A stretch of 53,323 nucleotides of DNA from Octopus bimaculoides (taxonomy: Eukaryota), in the NCBI RefSeq assembly GCF_001194135.2, contig NC_068981.1, forward strand, positions 129,923,775 through 129,977,097. Reading direction: 5' to 3'. Positions 11,570 through 23,545 of the stretch are shown in pieces. The notes under the pieces were generated by a model. It worked only from the letters and a program-made list of their open reading frames with translations. It ran no database searches and was not told the origin of the DNA. The stretch's first letter is position 1. Every line of letters starts with the position of its first letter. Made by a program: the position numbers and the translations under genes.

Positions 11570-13300
11570 CCAAGACTCAGTCAAGTAACAACAAGTTGAA
11601 TGTTTTACTATGGGTATTATTCATGATTAGCAATGACATTTTGCATGGGAAGGAGAACAGAATCTAGGAACTGAGATTCTGTTAAATTTGTAATATTTCA
11701 GTTTTGAAAGAGTTTTAAGAGAATCAGTTATTTTCAAGTTGTTGATGTTTTTCTTAGGATATAGGATGTACCTATGAAAACACTTGATATCTTGGGGCAT
11801 CTTGATTATTAGCCATACTGTTTTAGTGCACCATTTGATATTGTCCCCAGAGCTCTGATGATCACAGATAGAGTTGCTGTTCTTAGATGCCACATATTTT
11901 AGACCTCTATTTCAAAGTTCTTATATTTACTTACCTTTCAAATGTTTTTACAAAAGTGTTGCTGTCTGCTGGGATTGGAATACCTATTAACAGACATGTT
12001 TTGTCATTGTGATTTTTTTTACCACAATGTTTGGTCTAGTGGCCTGTATAGCACAATCAGTTTGAATTCTAAAATCCAAAAGAATGGTGATGTCTTTATT
12101 TTCTACTAGTTTGGTAGGCTTGTGGTCCCACCAGTTCTTCTCATATGGGAGTCCAGACTTATGGCATATAATCCATTGCAAATACTGGCCAAATCTATCA
12201 TTGTGATTAATATATTCATTTGAGGCTAATATAAAACAGCCAGAAATAAGGTGGTCCATTGTTTCCCTGGCTGCACCACAAAAGTGGTAGGCAGGATCAG
12301 CACCATTTAAAAAATGTTTTCTTGGCAGTTTCAGGTGGACATACATTGATCCTGTGCTGCAGTAATGAAGCCCTCTGTTTTTGATTTAAGTGCAGATGTA
12401 ACCAACCATTGATGGGTCATATCTGTATCTACATCAGGATCGGTGACAATGGTTTACTTTTCCATGTATTCCACAGCACTGAGAGTCTATTTGATTTGGC
12501 TTGTGTTTTTGTCTGTTTTGCTACCACAGTGAGTTCTTCTGTCTCGTCTAGTTGCATTGTAGTCTCGTTGATCTTGAATTCTTGTATTTCTTTGCTTCTT
12601 CTCATATTGAATACATATTTTGGAGCTTTCATGTTTGCAAACAAGTTTAAGCATCCAGTCATTAGTGTTCTTTAGATAGGCACCTAACGCTATGGTTGCT
12701 GTCCTTAGAGACAGTTGTAGCTGCAGCAGTTCATGCTCTTCATCTTTCATGGGGTGTATAGTCTATCTATATCTGCCTTTGGGTGATGCATGTGGTGGAC
12801 TGTGATGAGATTGTATATTTTTGTATCAATTTTACTGATTTCACTAATGGATCATTTTATGATAAAGCTGTAGGTCACCACAGATATACTTAAGTTACTG
12901 ATTGCATCAATCTTGTTTCTTGCATTAAGATTGCTCTAACTCTACAATAATATTCTTTTCATATTTTTCCTCACATTTGTGAATGCTGGATGCTATCCCT
13001 TTTACATACAGCTAAATATTTGTAATGTTTTTACTACAATTAAAAGTCATTCCAGTTGTTGATCATCTTTTGTGAAAAGCTTTAGATCATCCATGTAAGG
13101 GAGGTGATTGATTTGTCTATTGTACACTCTGTACCCATGTTTTGTCTCATTCAACAGCTTAAGTAGGAGAATGAGAACCATGCAAAAGAGTAGTGGTGAT
13201 AAAGATTTGTCTTGAAAATGCCTCAATTTATGTTTATGACACTAGTGTTCTTAGTACCTGAATCTGAATTCACTATAAGAGTTGTTTTCCATTACTTCAT
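11570..13300 (-). mobile_element. Decayed R4/Dong-type (RLE) non-LTR retrotransposon fragment
   Basis: ORF 11987-12346 has a CCHC knuckle relic (HFCGAARETMDHLISGC), EY..HN...YLQWIICHK, WWDHKP.K..EN....L.DF.IQTD..I.A.RPNIVV (the PD nuclease motif as PN). ORF 12487-12750 resembles the post-RT region. Many stops and frameshifts. Confidence 0.8.
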
Positions 13301-13305
13301 ACTAT

Positions 13306-13486
13306 TCATCATCATCATCATCATCATCATCGTTTAACGTCCGCTTTCCATGCTAGCATGGGTTGGACGATTTGACTAAGGACTGGTGAAACCAGATGGC
13401 TACACCAGGCTCCAATCTGATTTGGCAGAGTTTCTTCGGCTGGATGCCCTTCCTAATGCCAACCACTCCAAGAGTGTAGTGGGTGC

Positions 13487-13489
<3 letters not shown>
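13306..13489 (-). mobile_element. Young RTE 3' tail copy
   Basis: Near-identical to 7110-7290; ends in (CAT)n on +. Confidence 0.9.
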
Positions 13490-13525
<36 letters not shown>

Positions 13526-13547
13526 GTTATTATTATCATTATTATTG
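13489..13547. repeat. (TTA)n microsatellite
   Basis: About 19 near-perfect units; explains the poly-L and poly-N ORFs. Confidence 0.95.
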
Positions 13548-14539
13548 CAGTGGGCTGGCAGAATTGTTAGCATGTCAGGCAAAATTTGAAACCATTATTA
13601 TTGTTATTTTTGTTATCATCATTGGCTTGGTAAAGTGTCTTTTATAATAGCCTCAGGTTGACACAAGCTTGTGGACAAAAAGTGAGCAAATGTGAAAGTC
13701 CATCAAATGGACTGTACTTGAAATTCAATGATCTTATCTCACCATAACATTGTATCACACAGATTCTGCATGAGAATTACATTAAGTTTACAAAGATTTG
13801 TCAAATACTCAGCCGCTTACATGTTAATTTACTAAGTAGTTCGTTTAATTACTTGAATGACTACAATACCTCTCATTGAAATATGTGAGGGATCCATCGT
13901 TTATAAGATTGTCATCATACTTCCAAAGGGAATAAAATATGTATTTATATGTTATATATTGGTGTCATTCATAAAATTAACCTTGTGCCTTAGAAAGCCA
14001 GTATTATTGTTGTTGTTATAATTGTTGTTTATATTATTACTATTACCATCATAATTTATTTTGTCAATTTTCCTTCTTACAGGACTTCGATGACTACATT
14101 CCTAACTACCCCAATAAGTCAGCTTTGGTCAAAGCACAAGTGTCCACTGCCTGAACATCAAGACTATTCCAGCCTCAGCAGCTTCTCTTTATTATTTACC
14201 AGTTCTACTATATTTTACTGTTTTTTCTTTTCTTTTACTTGAGCCAAGAGCAAGATTTTCAGATTCTCATTGTGATTGCCGTTAGTTTCAACCTTATTTG
14301 GAAATTCACTTTTCATTGAGAAGCTTGTAAATTTGAATTTCTTTCCTTCTTTATTTGTGTATTTCATTATTATTACCATTTTATTTTATTCCATTTGGTT
14401 CAATTAAAGCTAATATGAGCTTTCACTTACTCAGAAAAAAAAATTGAAAGAAATGTGAGAACTTTTGGTTATCATAAAAATGTCCTTGTCTTTCATATTC
14501 CATTTGAGTATTGTTGCTTCTGAAAAATGTATGTTAATT

Positions 14540-15180
14540 CTTGTTATTAAAACACACTGGATTCTATTTGAAAAGAAAATACACTGGGATCTAGCTGGTA
14601 AAGATTTTGGTTTCTAGTTAAGTATTTTTAAATTCTAAATTCTTGTTAACAAAATATACTGGATTCTAATTAACAAAATATATGGGATGTTATACTGTTA
14701 ATAGCTGATTTACAATGCTCAAAATAAAATACACCAACCTTTACTAATGACATAATATCTAGTTAATAAAACATGTTGGTGCTTTGTTGTAGAAACTCAT
14801 GTTTGCTTGTTATTAAAATACACTGTTTCTTTGTGATGAAATTAGTCTTGTTTTTACTGGTCAAATGATACCAGTTGTTAGTGGTTTGAACATCAACAGA
14901 TCCTAGTGGTCAAATTACATTAGTTTTTAAATGTCAAACCACCAATGTTCCTAATGTTCAAACCACAATAGTTCCTATTGGTCAAAGCATATCAGATCCT
15001 AATGTCCAAATCATAGCAGATATTGATGATCAAAACAAGTTTTTATTGGTTAAAATATTCTTGCTTCTCCTCGCCAAATTCTTAGTGGTCAACCACTACA
15101 GTTTCTCATGTTTAAATTTACCTGGTTCTTACTGGTTAAAGTTACACCAGTTTCTAGATGTCAAATTTTTCCAGCTCCTT
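14540..15180. repeat. Decayed ~24-bp tandem array
   Basis: Recurring tggtcaaa..N..gttccta / aaaatacactggattcta units about every 24 bp. Confidence 0.65.
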
Positions 15181-15494
15181 AATATGTTAAAACTGTACAA
15201 TTGTATCATTTGTTTTGTTTTGCATTTAATATTTTGCTTAAGCTCTGTTACTGTGTTTTATATATATATGTATATATATATATATATATACACACACCCA
15301 CACACATACACACACACACACATAAACACATTGTTCAATATTTTTTTCATATTTTCTCAATCATTCCACTATTTTGGGGGATTGACTCAGTAATCTGATA
15401 AAATCCTGTGATTATTGAAGAATATTGAAAATAAAATTTAGCATCTTGATATCAGTTTTCTTTGTCATTAATTTTTTTATTTTTATTTAAAATA

Positions 15495-15965
15495 NNNNNN
15501 NNNNNNNNNNNNNNNNNNNNNNNNNNNNNNNNNNNNNNNNNNNNNNNNNNNNNNNNNNNNNNNNNNNNNNNNNNNNNNNNNNNNNNNNNNNNNNNNNNNN
15601 NNNNNNNNNNNNNNNNNNNNNNNNNNNNNNNNNNNNNNNNNNNNNNNNNNNNNNNNNNNNNNNNNNNNNNNNNNNNNNNNNNNNNNNNNNNNNNNNNNNN
15701 NNNNNNNNNNNNNNNNNNNNNNNNNNNNNNNNNNNNNNNNNNNNNNNNNNNNNNNNNNNNNNNNNNNNNNNNNNNNNNNNNNNNNNNNNNNNNNNNNNNN
15801 NNNNNNNNNNNNNNNNNNNNNNNNNNNNNNNNNNNNNNNNNNNNNNNNNNNNNNNNNNNNNNNNNNNNNNNNNNNNNNNNNNNNNNNNNNNNNNNNNNNN
15901 NNNNNNNNNNNNNNNNNNNNNNNNNNNNNNNNNNNNNNNNNNNNNNNNNNNNNNNNNNNNNNNNN
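15495..15965. other. Assembly gap
   Basis: N run abutting the palindrome arm. Confidence 1.
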
Positions 15966-16779
15966 AGAAAATCTATAATCTTTTATAATCTCCTTGTCAA
16001 CTTTGATCAAAAGTATTCCAGCTGTGAACATGTCGTCTTTTTATGTATAATGATCATATTATTGAATATGTTATTTATTTTTAAATAAGTGTGATTTAAC
16101 AGAGACTTAGATGTTATTGATAGCATGTTACAAGAAGTAGAATTCCTTCTAGTGTTCCCTCTTTCTGTCTCATCTCTGACTTTATAAACAAGTGATCAGA
16201 TCTGGTAAAATATAAGGAAGTGATCTCAGCATTGTAAGCTCATCAAATTGCCATGAATTTTACAATGTCATTGTTGGAACCATATTATTTTGTGATATCT
16301 AATGTAACTACATAGATTGGCTTGGTGAATGTGCAAACACTGGACACAGAAAAGTACTTGTGTGACAGTACATATTTTGCCACACAATTACTTTCCCATG
16401 TCTAGTGTTTGCACATTCACCTAACCAATCTATCTAGTTACATTAGATTTCACAAAATAATATGGTTCCAACAATGACATTGTAAAATTCATGGCAATTT
16501 GATGAGCTTACAATGTTGAGATCACTTCCTTATATTTTACCAGATCTGATCACTTGTTTATAAAGTCAGAGATGAGACAGAAAGAGGGAACACTAGAAGG
16601 AATTCTACTTCTTGTAACATGCTATCAATAACATCTAAGTCTCTGTTAAATCACACTTATTTAAAAATAAATAACATATTCAATAATATGATCATTATAC
16701 ATAAAAAGACGACATGTTCACAGCTGGAATACTTTTGATCAAAGTTGACAAGGAGATTATAAAAGATTATAGATTTTCT
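15966..16779. repeat. 814-bp inverted repeat (two ~400-bp arms, short loop near 16372)
   Basis: The ORF track shows the identical peptide on + (15462..16088) and - (16657..16878). Direct comparison gives 10 mismatches, 9 of them in the inner ~70 bp. Confidence 0.95.
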
Positions 16780-19190
16780 ATTAGTTTTCATAAGTGATTT
16801 AGTTGTTCCAGAATCAGAACCACCTACACATTCTGTTATAGTGCATGTGGCTGAATGTTCCACAAACATGTGTATCACTAATGTAATCTTCTGATAAAAT
16901 CAGTGACATTATGAGTGGCTGTTTGAATTACATGTACAATCCATCTGGCAGACTTCCACATATTTTCCCTCAACCCAGTTTCACTCACAAGGCTTGGATC
17001 AACCTGGAACTATAGTAAAAGCTATTTGTCCAAAAGTAAAATGAAGTGGGATTGAGCTGAAGACCTCATGCTTGTGAAGCAAACTTCTAAATTATTCAGT
17101 CATGTTTGCACTCTGGGACTGTACAACATCAACAACAAAAGCATGTATCTGCACTCTGTGAGCAAATCAATAAATACCTGTTAAATCACACTAAAATCAC
17201 ACTCTACCATCTTGAAAATCCAAATTAATGTAGATTCATTAGGCCTTAGACAAAGACAGAATGGTTGTGATTGGAATGATTTTGCTCATAGTTCTGCTAT
17301 ATCATGGCTGAGCTGAGGCTTAACAGCATGTACTGGTGTTAAGTAAAAAGCCAAGACTGTTAGTGTCACATAACCTGACCTGATCTGACAGACTTATATA
17401 GATGGTTTTTCCCTTTCAAACAAGAAAAAGAAAAATTATATGAAAGAAAGAGAAAAAACACCTTCTTGGACAAAGCTTTTATTCATAACTCATCTCATCT
17501 TTATTTAGCAAGTTTTATTGAGTAAGTTATAATGTCTATATTTTCCATTGTTAATTTTCTTCCAGAGTGGGTGTGAGAAAATATTGTATACAATAGAAAG
17601 CTGCAAATAAGTGGGTATGGCTTCAGTTAGGTGCCAAAGGAACTGTTGATGGTTCGTTGAGTTCATCATCTTCATTTTAAGAGACGTATACTCTTTAGTG
17701 GTTGTGACAAATCTGATAGTATGTTATTTTGCTACTTGTCTTGTTGCTATTTTACATCATCGTCTCTCTTATGTCTAATGTTCTGAAATCTGACTGTATC
17801 ACAATTTTCATGATTTCTCTCTCTCTCTCTTGCTCAAGCTCTGGTATTTTGTGTTATATCTTCATATAAACGAAGACACATTATATCCTCATCTCAAAAC
17901 AAGAAACACTTGAAATAACTCTTGATGACCAAGTCCACTTTGCAAATCTTTAATATGTAGAAATACAGCTCACTGCTTCTTTAGATCAGGCAAAAGAAAA
18001 CCACTGAAACCTATTCTCTCCTTTTTTTAATGTTGTTCAGTCAGGAAGGAAAAGCACTCCTCATGATCCTTTACAGCCCTCCAACGCTGGTGAGAGGGAA
18101 GAGGGAACCTCAGACTGGAGGCTAGACACAAATGCTTGAAACAGAGTGGACTCTGCTAAAAGCACGTAATGACCAAGTATGTAGCCACCTAAATAGGCTA
18201 CTGCAGGATTTGAACTCAGAATGCAAAGATCCAAAACAAATATAGCAAGGCATCCTGGTCTTCAATGTAACAACTCTACCAGCCCGCCACCATAGGTTGA
18301 TACTTTTATTTATTCACCCAGAAAGATGGAGGACAAAATTGACCTTGTCAGGATTTGAATTCAAAATTCAAAAAACCAGCAAGGCATTCCATCCATGCTC
18401 TAGCAACTGCTATTTTCCACCTTCAATCTCTACAAAAAAAAAAATAATAATAATAATAATAATAAACTTCAATGTTACCTCAATAAGCAAAAGTTATGTG
18501 GCATTATAATCAAAGAATATATAAATTAAGAGAACTCAGTATAGTTGTTGTGATGATTGAAAAAGTTTGTCATTTTGATGAAATGATCAAGTATAATGAC
18601 CAGTTGGGAGTAAATAGATTAAAAAGTTAGAGACATGAAGTAGATGAAAAGATGCTCACTGTGTGAGTGATGTAAGTTACAAAGAAGCAAGAATACAAGT
18701 GAGCAACATGAAAAAGAAGTAGGAAAATTAGGTAGCAGAATTGGAGGTAAATATTAAATTACCAACATTCCAAAAAGGAAAATCAGCCACAGTTTACTGA
18801 GTCAGTGGGTTGTTTTCAGATTAAGGTATTGCTGAACACCAAAGATAGAGAGGTGGTGGTGAAGAATTTGTCAAAGGAGTTGAAATAGCAAGTCACATTG
18901 TAGACATTTAACAGATCACCACTCACCTTACTACCTCTCTGTATGTGGAATTAATGAGTTTCATGGTCCAATGGTGACTCACCAACTTAGAGAACAACAG
19001 CTCATTTTCCAAGTAGGAACTTCAACTCTTGGTGGTTTGAATACTTACCTCCAAATTCACCACTCACTCCGCAACTGTTTCTTTGTAATTGTGTGTCCAT
19101 CATTGATTAATTCAATTACTACTACCACTTCCTCTCACCAACTGCCTCTCTCCCTAAACAGCTCACATGAACCAACTGTCTCCTTAAGTG

Positions 19191-19407
19191 CAAGGGGGTG
19201 CTCAAAAGTTCCTGACTTTAAGGGTATCATGAAAGGCCTGGTTGAAGGCTCAACCTTCTGAGTTCTTTTACAGAGCTTAGAAAAACTGAAGGATCACTGC
19301 AATAAGTGTGTGAATCTGAGAGGAGAAAATGTTGAATAAAATTATATTTAACTGATCCTTCTGTATTTTCTTTTACCCAAAGCCAGGAACTTTTCAGCAA
19401 CCCCTCA
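19191..19407 (+). mobile_element. Mariner-derived MITE
   Basis: ~29-bp imperfect TIRs (caagggggtgctcaaaagttcctgacttt / aaagccaggaacttttcagcaacccctca), TA on the right. Interior reads LEKLKDHCNKCVNLRGENVE*, a mariner transposase C-terminus. Confidence 0.85.
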
Positions 19408-20139
19408 TAGCTCACACTAACTGCTTCTTTCTCAGCTTTCTTCCTTCACACTCCTGCAGCATTCCTTATGCATTGCAATATTTTCTCATCTACTTTCTTT
19501 CCTCATTTTTTTAATTTTTGCTAGTTATTAGTTGAGCAATTCATCAAAGGATCTGTTTCTGAAATATCAGACTGTTTCACTTCTCATAGCAAAGAAACAT
19601 TGATACTTACAAATTCCCTTGAATCTTATTACTATTACTTTTGTCACTAGGTTCCTTGAATTTGAGATTTTACCCAAAATGAGTCAAATTTGGGTCAACA
19701 AAAAGCCAAGGAAAATTAGTGTCAAAAATTAGGTTGAACGATAAGAAAAATCAATCTCTTTTTCACATATTTCTGTCAATAAATATATATTTATTATCAG
19801 TTACTTTTATCTTTTCTTTTCAAACTGTTATTTGCTTTTTTGTTTAGGTGAAAATCAGTCAAATTTACTTGGCCACAATATATCATATGCTAGATAACAC
19901 ATGAATGACATTTTAAAAGACTTGTTTAATGTGAGTGCCAGTTTTTGAACTCCTGATCTTTAGGTGAGTTGTTTAGTGCTCTGACCCTAAAGATACTTAT
20001 TTGGTCTTAAGCATACATTTTACCAGACACATAACTGCAGTAGAAATAACTATATGGAAAGTTGCTAGATTAAGATATGTATTGTATAGTCATAGCACTC
20101 AATAATATCAGACATATTTTATAGTAATTTTTAATATTA

Positions 20140-20305
20140 GGCCAAAGCCACAAAATATGGAAGCAAGGTGAATACCTGAGTACTTGTTTGATGACCTTGG
20201 AAGGATGAAAGGCAAAGTCAGCCTCAGCAAGATTTGAACTCAGGCAGTAAAAGTATGTTACTAAATATTGTAAAGTATTCTGCCCATAACTCTACCAATT
20301 CTGTT
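20140..20305 (-). mobile_element. SINE family B, old copy
   Basis: ggatgaaaggcaaagtcagcctcagcaagatttgaactcag. Confidence 0.7.
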
Positions 20306-22219
20306 AATCCTTATCAAGCATACTAAAGTGACCAGCACTGGAAGCTTGGTAAACTTTGATATAACTTTTAAAGGATCTGCAAGTTGGTGTTTGATGGTTT
20401 GTATAGTGTCACCACCAGTATTTTGTTTGTAGTCAAGATCAAGATACTTAATGCACAAATGGCCTTGGCATACAATTCAACAATTGATTGAAATGTCTTC
20501 TAGGTTGGTACTGCAAGGTATGCAAAACTTGCTGTTGTAGGTAGTGGCTACACAGTACATTTGATAACAGTTTCATTATCATTGTTAAATTCAGTTCTTC
20601 TTATAGGAAACATTATCTGCAATAAACTTGTCATATCCAGAAAGGCATTTGTCATTCTTCTACTTAGTAGCATATAAACCAGAAATTAGTATCGATCTAG
20701 TAGAATGCAAAATATGGTCAAACTTATGATATTTGAAGCTAACTATAAAATGTACACACAGAAAAATCTATTCTTTGGGATCGTAGTGTCAAGAGATGAG
20801 CTGTTAATATGAGATTTCAAATTACATTTGCTACTTGGATATTCTTTTGTCACATGAAACTTGTTCCATCTAATTTTGATTTAATAGACATACAGTTTGC
20901 TGATAAGATGAAACATTTTAAAATGTATTTATACCAGGTTCCACTTATAGGATCAGTCTGTCTTTCACTTCTTGGATTGAAAGCTTCGTGTCAGTCAAGA
21001 CAATTGTTTCCAATACAGCACCTTGGTCCATAATCGAATATTTCACTCTATATGAGACTTAATCTGCAGTTAGGAATACCACATCTTAAAGAACTGTATG
21101 GGATTAAATACTAACAAAAATCTCATCATTAAAGAAAAGATATTGCCTGAAGAAAACCATTCCACATTATTAATATTTTGCCTGTCCAATGCATTTTCAT
21201 AAGTTGGTCCTAAATGCTCATGGTTGTTTTCAGATTTTTAGTTAGCCCTTGTTTTATATGTTCTGAGTAATGTAAGGCTTTTCTTTCCTAAGTCTCAAGT
21301 TACTCTAGTAGTTAAAAATAATTGGGAATGTATATCATATATGATGCATAGACACTAGAGAAATATGTCCTGTGTATCACATGATATACAAGACAGGCAA
21401 AGGATTAACACGCAATTGGTACAGATAAACTTGATGCAAATTTTATCTGTTGGAAGAGAGAAATTAGAATGTTTCCTGTAGACTGAAAAATAAAATTCTA
21501 TATAGTTCTGAGAAGTTCCACTGAAATAACCATCTCTCATTCTGTCTTGAGAATTGTTATCTATTATTTTTCACTTTAAACTAGCACTCTGTCAGTTATG
21601 ACAATGAGGGTTCCAGTTGATCCAATCAATGGAACAGCCTGCTCATGAAATTAACGTGCAAGTGGCTGAGCACTCAACAGACACATGTACCCTAAGTAAA
21701 TCTCAGGAAAATTCAGTGTGACACAGAATATGACAAGGCTGGCTCCTTTGAATTGCAGGTAGTACTCATTTTTGATTGCAAACTGGTCAACAAGTCTCCA
21801 ACAGCAGGGAAGAAAAGTCTAATCCTAGATGGACGAAGCAAGATTGAGTATAACCAAAAAAGTTATATCACATCTATGTGGAGAAAAGAAATCAGTTAAA
21901 AAAACTCACTGGTATAAGCTCATGAAGAAGGCTTAATGACCTGTCTAACCTCAAAGCTGTAGACTTATGAAACAGACATTCTGATGTGATAATGTACATT
22001 AGCAGTACCCATGAACATTCTACACTTAGTTTAAAATTTGTAAGATGATTATACATAATCATGAAATATATTTTTTGAAATTGTACTTTGTTAGAAACAG
22101 TTAATTCTTTAGGTGGTCCACGTAGGTAGTACTGAAATCTTAGGAGATAACATCCCTGAAAGAGATGTTACACACTTGTCACATCTTCTGTCTTGAGAAT
22201 TGTTATCTATTATTTTTCA

Positions 22220-22535
22220 CTTTAAACTAGCACTCTGTCAGTTATGACAATGAGGGTTCCAGTTGATCCAATCAATGGAACAGCCTGCTCATGAAATTAA
22301 CGTGCAAGTGGCTGAGCACTCAACAGACACATGTACCCTAAGTAAATCTCAGGAAAATTCAGTGTGACACAGAATATGACAAGGCTGGCTCCTTTGAATT
22401 GCAGGTAGTACTCATTTTTGTCAGCTGAGTGAATTGGAACAATGTGAAAGAAAGCGTCTTACTCAAGAACACAACACACTGCTGGTAATCGATATCATGA
22501 GCTGAATACCCATAAGCACTAAACCAAGCACCTTC
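22220..22535 (-). mobile_element. SINE family C (partial duplicate at 21574-21774)
   Basis: gtcagttatgacaatgagggttccagttgatcc...gtgacacagaatatgacaaggctgg...actcaagaacacaacac, shared with 26234, 50366 and 51172. Confidence 0.85.
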
Positions 22536-22571
22536 AACATTTTCCACTTTACGTAAAAAGTAAACAAATTT

Positions 22572-22735
22572 AGGCATAGGAGTGGCTGTGTGGTAAGTAG
22601 CTTGCTTACCAACCACATGGTTCCGGGTTCAGTCCCACTGCGTGGCATCTTGGGCAAGTGTCTTCTACTATAGCCTCGGGTCGACCAAAGCCTTCTGAGT
22701 GGATTTGGTAGACGGAAACTGAAAAGAAGCCTGTC

Positions 22736-22785
<50 letters not shown>

Positions 22786-22975
22786 TTGTTCCCTCCCCCC
22801 CAACATCGCTTGACAACCGATGCTGGTGTGTTTACATCCCCGTAACTTAGCGGTTTGGCAAAAGAGACTGATAGAATAAGTACTAGGCTTCCTGGGGTTG
22901 ATTTGCTCGACTAAAGGCGGTGCTCCAGCATGGCCACAGTCAAAAGACTGAAACAAGTGTAAAAGAGTAAAAGAG
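22572..22975 (+). mobile_element. SINE family A, near full length, young
   Basis: Head aggcataggagtggctgtgtggtaag (A-box), gggttcagtccc (B-box), ttgggcaagtgtctt core, internal (TA)n(TG)n, tail gactgaaacaag..aaaagag. Confidence 0.9.
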
Positions 22976-23177
22976 CAGAATGAATCTGTCTATAATATTG
23001 TGCTATTGTATGACTAAGTTGGTAAAGCTTTAACAAATCTTAATACACTGTATTACATCCTTATTTTCATATCAGAGGAAAGTTCATATGGCTAGACTTG
23101 AACCTACAGTCACAACGACTGAAACATGATAGCTACCCATTAAATTGTGGATTCTAAAAAAAGAACATACAAGTAAT

Positions 23178-23545
23178 TTAGGTACAGACATGGCTGTAAG
23201 GTTAAAAAGTTTGCTTCATAATTGTGTGGTTCTGGATTGGGCCTCACTACACAGTATCTTTGGCTAAAGTTTTCTGCTATAGCCTAGAGCTGATTCATGC
23301 CCTGAGTGAAATTTTGTAAGCAGAAATATGGAAGCAGACGGTGTGTGCATGTGGCAAGCACATATGAATGTGTGTTTACAGTTATGTCACGTAAAACCAG
23401 TCATGTTGTTGATGTGCTTTAACATAGCAGTTCAACATAAAATATGTACCATATTTAAAAATATTGATTGGGATTGATATGCTAGACTAAACCCTTGAAA
23501 GTGGTGGCCCAGCCTGGCCACAATCCAATAACCAGTAAAAGACTA
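23178..23545 (+). mobile_element. SINE family A, old copy
   Basis: Degenerate head catggctgtaaggttaaaaagtttgcttc and tail gaaagtggtggcccagcctggccac. Confidence 0.65.

Noticed and set aside
15462-16088. Long ORFs spanning N runs (also 7183-7755, 23978-24593, 43299-43592)
   Set aside because: Their length comes from X residues over assembly gaps.
17550-17620. Plus-strand acceptor ttttcttccag at ~17565 (similarly ttttgtttag at ~19848)
   Set aside because: All frames stop within about 20 codons, with no partner donor or recognisable peptide.
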